Positions 1-7,460 of a DNA stretch of 7,460 nt are shown one piece after another. Every line of letters begins with the position of its first letter. Position 1 is the stretch's first letter. The stretch is from the IMG/VR virus record IMGVR_UViG_2609459846_000009. The stretch is one strand, 5' to 3'. A model generated the notes under the pieces. It did no database searches. It saw only the letters and a list, made by a program, of their open reading frames with translations, and had not been told where the DNA came from. The translations under genes and the position numbers were made by a program. The DNA is from a virus. Lineage: Duplodnaviria > Heunggongvirae > Uroviricota > Caudoviricetes.

Positions 1-60
1 CGCACCGGATACGGCCAGACAAATGGCTGCGGACAAAATGGCGGCATAAAGTTTACGCAT
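1..60 (-). CDS. lom: Lom outer-membrane protein (Ail/OmpX family), 5' partial: first 20 codons only, gene continues beyond the window start
   Basis: Reverse complement of 1..60 translates to MRKLYAAILSAAICLAVSGA, a signal-peptide-like N-terminus that matches my recollection of lambda Lom. ATG at 60..58 is preceded by GAGAGG (Shine-Dalgarno-like) about 6 nt upstream. Position immediately downstream of J matches lambda. Confidence 0.75.
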   Translation of the reverse strand, partial: MRKLYAAILSAAICLAVSGA

Positions 61-82
61 AATTACCTCTCGCTTTTCTGCA

Positions 83-108
83 ATAAAAAAGGCGTCATTT
101 CTGACGCC
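83..108 (-). terminator. Rho-independent terminator downstream of J
   Basis: Minus-strand RNA reads GGCGUCA-GAAA-UGACGCC (7-bp GC-rich stem, 4-nt loop; plus coords 91..108) followed directly by UUUUUUAUU (plus 83..90). Lies between the J stop (127..129) and the lom start (60). Confidence 0.6.
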
Positions 109-126
109 CGTTCTGGGTTATAAAAT

Positions 127-3528
<3,402 letters not shown>

Positions 3529-3547
3529 TCATGCTCCATAAACGATA

Positions 3548-3567
3548 AAACCGCCCGGAGGCGGTTT
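3548..3567 (-). promoter_or_regulatory. GC-rich hairpin followed by a U-run in the I-J intergenic region (terminator-like or RNA-stability element)
   Basis: Plus-strand AAACCGCC-CGGA-GGCGGTTT forms a perfect 8-bp stem with 4-nt loop. On the minus-strand transcript it is followed by UUUUAUCGUUUAU, then the J Shine-Dalgarno and ATG. Confidence 0.35.
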
Positions 3568-3585
3568 CACATAAAACATTTTGCA

Positions 3586-4233
3586 TCAGCGACCAATCAC
3601 CACAACCTGACCGCCATCCCCTTCGTCTGCCGTGCTGATCTCCTGAGAAACCACGCGTGACCCCACGCGCATTTCACCGTACAGAACCGGCAGAACATTG
3701 CCCTGGGCAACCATGTTATCCAGTGAGGAGAAATAGGTGTTCTGTTTGCCGTTATCTGTACTGGCTGCCGTGGGCGTCCTGGCTTTCGGTGCCAGCATCT
3801 GCGCCACACCACCCAGGATCATACTGGCCCCTGCTGCATACAGACCCGATACAGCCGCGGCCCCCAGCCAGCCAACAGGGTTCCACCATGCCACCGCAAT
3901 CAGCGCCGCACCCAGCACCGCCTGAAACACACCGCCACTTTTGGCACCCGCCAGACGCGGAACGACGTGGATCACGGCACCATTTGCCAGCGGTTCATTA
4001 AGACGGGCAGATAATTCATTTTCGCCTGCATCACGCCCGGAAATGCGCACCTGATACCAGCCCTCATTCAGTTTCTGGCGAAACGACGGAAGCTGTGTGG
4101 CCAGCGCCCGGATGGCTTCAGCCCCCGTTTTCACACGAAGGTCGATGCGGCGGCCAAATCGTTGTAAATCCCCGTAAAGGCAGATGCGTGCCATGCCCGG
4201 TGACGCCAGAGGGAGTGTGTGCGTCGCTGCCAT
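3586..4233 (-). CDS. I: Tail assembly protein I (N-terminal ubiquitin-like domain ending in Gly-Gly, then hydrophobic Gly/Ala-rich segment), 215 aa
   Basis: N-terminus MAATHTLPLASPGMARICLYGDLQRFGRRIDLRVKTGAEAIRALATQLP matches my recollection of lambda gpI. ATG at 4233..4231. Diglycine at residues 100-101 (codons 3936..3931). The 103-nt overlap with the upstream K ORF is the same as the K/I overlap in lambda. Confidence 0.9.
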   Translation of the reverse strand: MAATHTLPLASPGMARICLYGDLQRFGRRIDLRVKTGAEAIRALATQLPSFRQKLNEGWYQVRISGRDAGENELSARLNEPLANGAVIHVVPRLAGAKSGGVFQAVLGAALIAVAWWNPVGWLGAAAVSGLYAAGASMILGGVAQMLAPKARTPTAASTDNGKQNTYFSSLDNMVAQGNVLPVLYGEMRVGSRVVSQEISTADEGDGGQVVVIGR

Positions 4234-4874
4234 TTGTCGGTATACCTCTCTCGTTTGCTCAGTTGTTCAGGAATATGGTGCAGCAGCTCGCCGTCACCAC
4301 AGTAAATGGCGGCATGATTCGGCACCGATGAACCAAAACAGCACAGCAGCACATCGCCCGGCTGCGCCGCTGACAACGGCACCTGATACAGCCCTGTGGC
4401 CTCCAGATTATCCAGATAGAGATTCTGACCGTGACGCCACCAGTCATCCTCGCGATGAAAATCCGGCATCTCAATCCCCGCCAGATGGTAAGCATCCCGG
4501 AACAGTGTGTAACAGTCCGTCACACCGTGCTCAAAGCGCCGCCCGGTAAGATGTGGCACACAGCGGAACTTGTGAATCGCCCCCCGGCAGACCAGCCACC
4601 ACGGCAAATCACTCTGCACCTGCAGCCGCCGGTCGGCCTCACTCAGCCAGGGCAGACCACCGGGGTGGCTGTGGACCAGTGCCACAATCTCACCCTGCAT
4701 CTCTGCCTGCAGCCAGTCCTCCGGAGCCATCCGGAAATAATCCTCCGGCTCACCGGAAATATTCACGCAGGGAAAATATCTTTCCCCCTCCGGCGCTCTC
4801 ACCACGAAGCCGCACGACTCCGCTGGCGCACATCGCCGGGCGTGCGCCAGAATCGCTGATTCTGTCTCTGTCAT
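4131..4874 (-). CDS. K: Tail assembly protein K (JAB/MPN metalloprotease domain plus NlpC/P60 domain); 247 aa from first ATG, with an alternative lambda-style internal start at 4730 giving 199 aa
   Basis: JAMM motif HSHPGGLPWLSEAD (HxH-x7-S-x2-D; His codons at 4673..4665) with a candidate upstream catalytic Glu at codon 4820..4818 in PAESCG. NlpC/P60-like Cys (VTDCYTLF) and downstream His. ATG at 4874..4872 lies 4 nt after the L stop. The ORF-track first codon at 4916 is TTG, not ATG. Confidence 0.85.
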   Translation of the reverse strand: MTETESAILAHARRCAPAESCGFVVRAPEGERYFPCVNISGEPEDYFRMAPEDWLQAEMQGEIVALVHSHPGGLPWLSEADRRLQVQSDLPWWLVCRGAIHKFRCVPHLTGRRFEHGVTDCYTLFRDAYHLAGIEMPDFHREDDWWRHGQNLYLDNLEATGLYQVPLSAAQPGDVLLCCFGSSVPNHAAIYCGDGELLHHIPEQLSKRERYTDKWQRRTHSLWRHRAWHASAFTGIYNDLAAASTFV

Positions 4875-4878
4875 GGGA

Positions 4879-5577
4879 TTACTGCGAAAGTTTGTTAATG
4901 GAAAGGAAGCCGCCAAAGTTGCCGACGTTATTGCGAAACTTACAGCCGCTCAGGCATTTGCTGCATTTATCCTTCGTGATATCGGACGTTGGCTGGTCAT
5001 ATTCATCCGCGACAGCCGGACCGCTATAACCGCACTCGTCGCCGCGATAGGTCCAGGTGCAGGTGTTGGCCAGCATGATACGCCCCGGAAAAACAGAGCC
5101 ATCCGTTTCAGTCGGTGTGGACAGTACAAAAGAGACACTGACCGCGCTCAGTTCGCTGCACTGCTCGATGCGCCAGCGGCTGATCACCTCCTGCTCCGGA
5201 TCGGCTTCGCTGTTTCCGTTGACGAAGTTCACCGCATCCAGAAAACGGGCGTAAACCTTACGCCGGACCACCGTTCCGCCGACCAGACTCTGCAGGTCTT
5301 CCGCCATCCCGGTGACCATGCCGTGCAGGTTAGAAACCGTCAGTGTCGGACGGGCAGCACTGCCCTTGCCGTTCAGTTCAAATCCCGTCCCCTGAATGGG
5401 ATACGCCTGATACTGTCGCCCCTGCCAGGTGACCGGCTCACCTTTTTCGTTCTGCTCATTACAGAAAAAATAACGTTCTCCACCGACCACTGTCAGATCG
5501 ATTTCCCAGAGCACCACCTGGGCTGACTGAGTGAGGCGTGTCGTCTCATGATGTGTTTCCTGTGGAATATCCTGCAT
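4879..5577 (-). CDS. L: Tail tip protein L, 232 aa, with C-terminal cysteine cluster
   Basis: 232 aa, the same length as lambda gpL. N-terminus MQDIPQETHHETTRLTQSAQVVLWEIDLT matches lambda L as I recall it. C-terminal DECG...CSKCLSGC cysteine cluster is consistent with the iron-sulphur site reported for gpL. ATG at 5577..5575 with GGAG 7 nt upstream, overlapping the M stop. Confidence 0.93.
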   Translation of the reverse strand: MQDIPQETHHETTRLTQSAQVVLWEIDLTVVGGERYFFCNEQNEKGEPVTWQGRQYQAYPIQGTGFELNGKGSAARPTLTVSNLHGMVTGMAEDLQSLVGGTVVRRKVYARFLDAVNFVNGNSEADPEQEVISRWRIEQCSELSAVSVSFVLSTPTETDGSVFPGRIMLANTCTWTYRGDECGYSGPAVADEYDQPTSDITKDKCSKCLSGCKFRNNVGNFGGFLSINKLSQ

Positions 5578-5586
5578 CAGAGACTC

Positions 5587-5916
5587 CTATGCCACGACCT
5601 GTTCAAAATCTGCCGTTATGGTTACCCACAACGCCCCCACGCTTGCCGACCATTTACGACAAACCACCCTGATCGGCTTCCAGTCATAAGGTGGCGTCCA
5701 CTGAAATGCGCGGACGCCACCGTGCCGTTCCAGAAAGGCTTTTAAAGATGGGTGTTCACATTTACGAACACGTATCGTCACGCTGTAAGTCGACAACTGG
5801 TTATTCAGTCCCGCCGCACGACGCTGTTCATAACCATCGCCCAGCTTCACTGTCACCACTTTCGGCTCTGATACCACATTCATATCCGGGCGCACTTTCC
5901 AGTGAAACGTCTCCAT
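5587..5916 (-). CDS. M: Minor tail / tail tip protein M, 109 aa
   Basis: 109 aa, the same length as lambda gpM. Start codon overlaps the H stop in a TAATG arrangement (H stop 5918..5916, M ATG 5916..5914), as at the lambda H/M junction. Gene order H-M-L matches lambda. Confidence 0.92.
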   Translation of the reverse strand: METFHWKVRPDMNVVSEPKVVTVKLGDGYEQRRAAGLNNQLSTYSVTIRVRKCEHPSLKAFLERHGGVRAFQWTPPYDWKPIRVVCRKWSASVGALWVTITADFEQVVA

Positions 5917-7056
5917 TACCGATATGCTCCACTTAACCGACCACCATCACGGGCCTGCTGTTGCATAAAGTCCGCTGCCGCTTTTTTCCCGAGGTCATAA
6001 ACCACCTTCAGGGCAGCCGGACCTATCTGCCCGTTCGTGCCATCGTTATTGATCTCGATGTTGTACTGCGGGGCAAACATCGCCATACCTGAACCACCAA
6101 TATCCGCCACAACCCCCAGCTTACCGTCAGCACCACGACGCAGTGGCAGAATGGCTTCAGGTCCCGCTTCCCCCATCACACCCGCGCCTTTTGCAAAAGC
6201 AAAAAACGTCGGACGGTTAACCACCGTGCCACTGTAACGACTCAAATCAGCAGACTGATAAATCCCCCCATTGGCATTCAGGGAAAGGCTGCTGAGATCA
6301 AATCTCAGTACACTGCCAATCCCTTTTATCGATTTCATCATGGTTGCCTGCGCCAGGATTTTCGCCATATCTGACAGCACAGAAGAGGTGAAGGATTTGA
6401 AATTGAGTTTGCCGGTAGTGACAAAAGTTGCCAGGCCATTTCCCATGTTGCTGAAGGCTGACGAGAACACCTGTTCTGCTGTTCCTGCCGTATTATCTGC
6501 ATCCACGGTAAAATCCTGAAATGCACGCAGGACTCCGTTTTTCCAGTTACCCTGCACAACTTCAAGCTGTTGCCAGTAACGGCGATTCTCATTCAGTTGT
6601 CGGTTCAGGCTCTCCGTCAGCGCCTGCTCGGCCTTTCTGTAGTCATCCGTGTTATATGTTCCTTTCTGCTCACTATCCCGCCTCAACTGCTCCAGCTGTT
6701 GCTGGTATTTCTGGCGAAGACTCAGTTGTACCTGATATCGCTGCCGCTGCTGATCACCCATACCCACCGTGGCGATATCCAGGTCATGTTGCTGACGCTG
6801 AGCGCGCTCTTCTTCAGCCAGTTGACTGGTCAGCTGAATTGTTTTTTTCTTCAGCTCGTTGAGTGCCGTCTGTTTCTGAAGCTCCTGCTGTTTTACATCC
6901 AGCAGCGTCAGTGCCTGAATCAGTTCATCTTTACGGGCCAGCACACTCTTTTCATCTGCCGTCAGTTCTTTCCCGTCCAGGTCGCTGATGCGCTGCTGCA
7001 GAGCCAGAAGCTGTTTATGCGCTTCTGTCATCCTTTCCGTGGCAATGCCTGCTGAC
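5916..7056 (-). pseudogene. H: Tail tape-measure protein H, 3' fragment (about 380 C-terminal codons), truncated at its 5' side by an IS insertion
   Basis: C-terminus ...INNDGTNGQIGPAALKVVYDLGKKAAADFMQQQARDGGRLSGAYR resembles the lambda gpH C-terminus. Q/E/L-rich coiled-coil-like region is typical of tape-measure proteins. About 380 aa remain against about 853 aa for lambda H. The reading frame runs upstream into IS-derived sequence at about 7057. Confidence 0.8.
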
Positions 7057-7098
7057 TGAACCGCCCCGGGTTTCCTGGAGAGTGTTTTATCTGTGAAC
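7057..7098. repeat. Right terminal inverted repeat region of the IS3-family element
   Basis: Non-coding stretch between the IS terminus (7057, 5'-TGAACC...) and the transposase stop codon (7099..7101). The exact length of the inverted repeat cannot be fixed without the other IS end. Confidence 0.55.
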
Positions 7099-7460
7099 TC
7101 AGGCTGCCAGATCATCGTTTCCGATGGAAGCATAATAAGCTTTTTCTGCTTCTGCCGGTGGGATATGGCCCAGCCTTTCCAGCAATCGTCGATTGTTATA
7201 CCAGTCCACCCACGTGAGTGTGGCCAGCTCCACTTCTGTCCGGTTTTTCCAGCTCTTACGGTGTATTACCTCCGCTTTGTAAAGGCCATTGATGCTCTCC
7301 GCCATCGCGTTGTCATACGAGTCACCAGTACTTCCTGTTGATGCCAGTAATCCGGCTTCCTTAAGCCGCTGTGTGTAGGCCAGCGATACATACTGAGAAC
7401 CTTTATCACTGTGATGGACTGTGCCGGACGGTTGACGGGCCCATAACGCCTGCTCCAGAG
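7099..7460 (-). CDS. IS3-family transposase OrfB (DDE integrase core), C-terminal portion; 5' end lies outside the window
   Basis: Minus-strand frame is open from the window edge to the stop at 7099..7101. Hand translation upstream of the track's Met gives ...STGSTGDSYDNAMAESINGLYKAEVIHRKSWKNRTEVELATLTWVDWYNNRRLLERLGHIPPAEAEKAYY..., the conserved catalytic-Glu region (YDNA-AES...NG-LK-E) of IS3-family OrfB. Confidence 0.85.
   Translation of the reverse strand, partial: LEQALWARQPSGTVHHSDKGSQYVSLAYTQRLKEAGLLASTGSTGDSYDNAMAESINGLYKAEVIHRKSWKNRTEVELATLTWVDWYNNRRLLERLGHIPPAEAEKAYYASIGNDDLAA

Larger units (their letters stand above)
7057..7460 (-). mobile_element. IS3-family insertion sequence (IS629/IS1203-like), right-end portion; element continues beyond the window end
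   Basis: Terminal sequence TGAACCGCCCCGGGTTTCCTGGAGAGTG... starts at 7057 with the 5'-TG end typical of IS3-family elements and matches my recollection of the IS629 terminal inverted repeat. Adjacent transposase OrfB C-terminus on the minus strand. Confidence 0.8.

Noticed and set aside
61-126. Possible hidden cargo or defence gene between J and lom
   Set aside because: The spacer is only 66 nt and is fully accounted for by the terminator hairpin and the lom ribosome-binding site. There is no room for an additional gene.
3597-3812. 71-aa and 78-aa minus-strand ORFs (3597..3812 and 4259..4495) in alternative frames
   Set aside because: Nested out of frame inside I and K. Trp/Cys/Arg-rich nonsense-like translations.
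4131-4916. Longest version of K starting at 4916 (261 aa)
   Set aside because: The codon at 4916..4914 is TTG, not ATG, and this start would overlap the 3' end of L by 38 nt. The ATG at 4874 just after the L stop is the better candidate.
4873-5526. 217-aa plus-strand ORF (and the overlapping 158-aa ORF at 4553..5029)
   Set aside because: Antisense to L and K, which have strong homology support. Compositionally biased with no motifs.
6570-7055. 161-aa plus-strand ORF (also 6271..6519 and 6521..6862)
   Set aside because: Antisense to the H tape-measure fragment. Leu-rich translation typical of the reverse strand of a Gln/Glu-rich coiled-coil gene.
5916-7133. Programmed -1 frameshift site of the G/GT type
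   Set aside because: In lambda the G/GT frameshift lies upstream of H, which would be beyond the IS and outside this window. No slippery heptamer with a downstream structure was identified in the retained region.
7093-7341. 82-aa plus-strand ORF and 68-aa minus-strand ORF (7099..7305)
   Set aside because: The plus ORF is antisense to the transposase. The 68-aa minus ORF is only the Met-initiated tail of the transposase OrfB frame, which is open to the window edge, so it is reported as part of the partial transposase CDS.

Overview
The window is a lambda-like (lambdoid) prophage tail-tip module, entirely on the minus strand and in lambda gene order: 3' fragment of tape-measure gene H, then M, L, K, I, J, a terminator, and the first 20 codons of lom. 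At the high-coordinate end, H is interrupted by the right end of an IS3-family insertion sequence (IS629/IS1203-like, from memory of its terminal repeat and transposase C-terminus), so the prophage is probably defective. Every long ORF is accounted for by this module, and the plus-strand ORFs are antisense shadows. I see no evidence of a novel system here. The points worth a second look are the IS-H junction, the K start site, the I/K ubiquitin-like pairing, the J C-terminal receptor-binding region and an I-J intergenic hairpin. All homology calls come from reading the supplied translations and recalling the lambda proteins; no searches or alignments were run.
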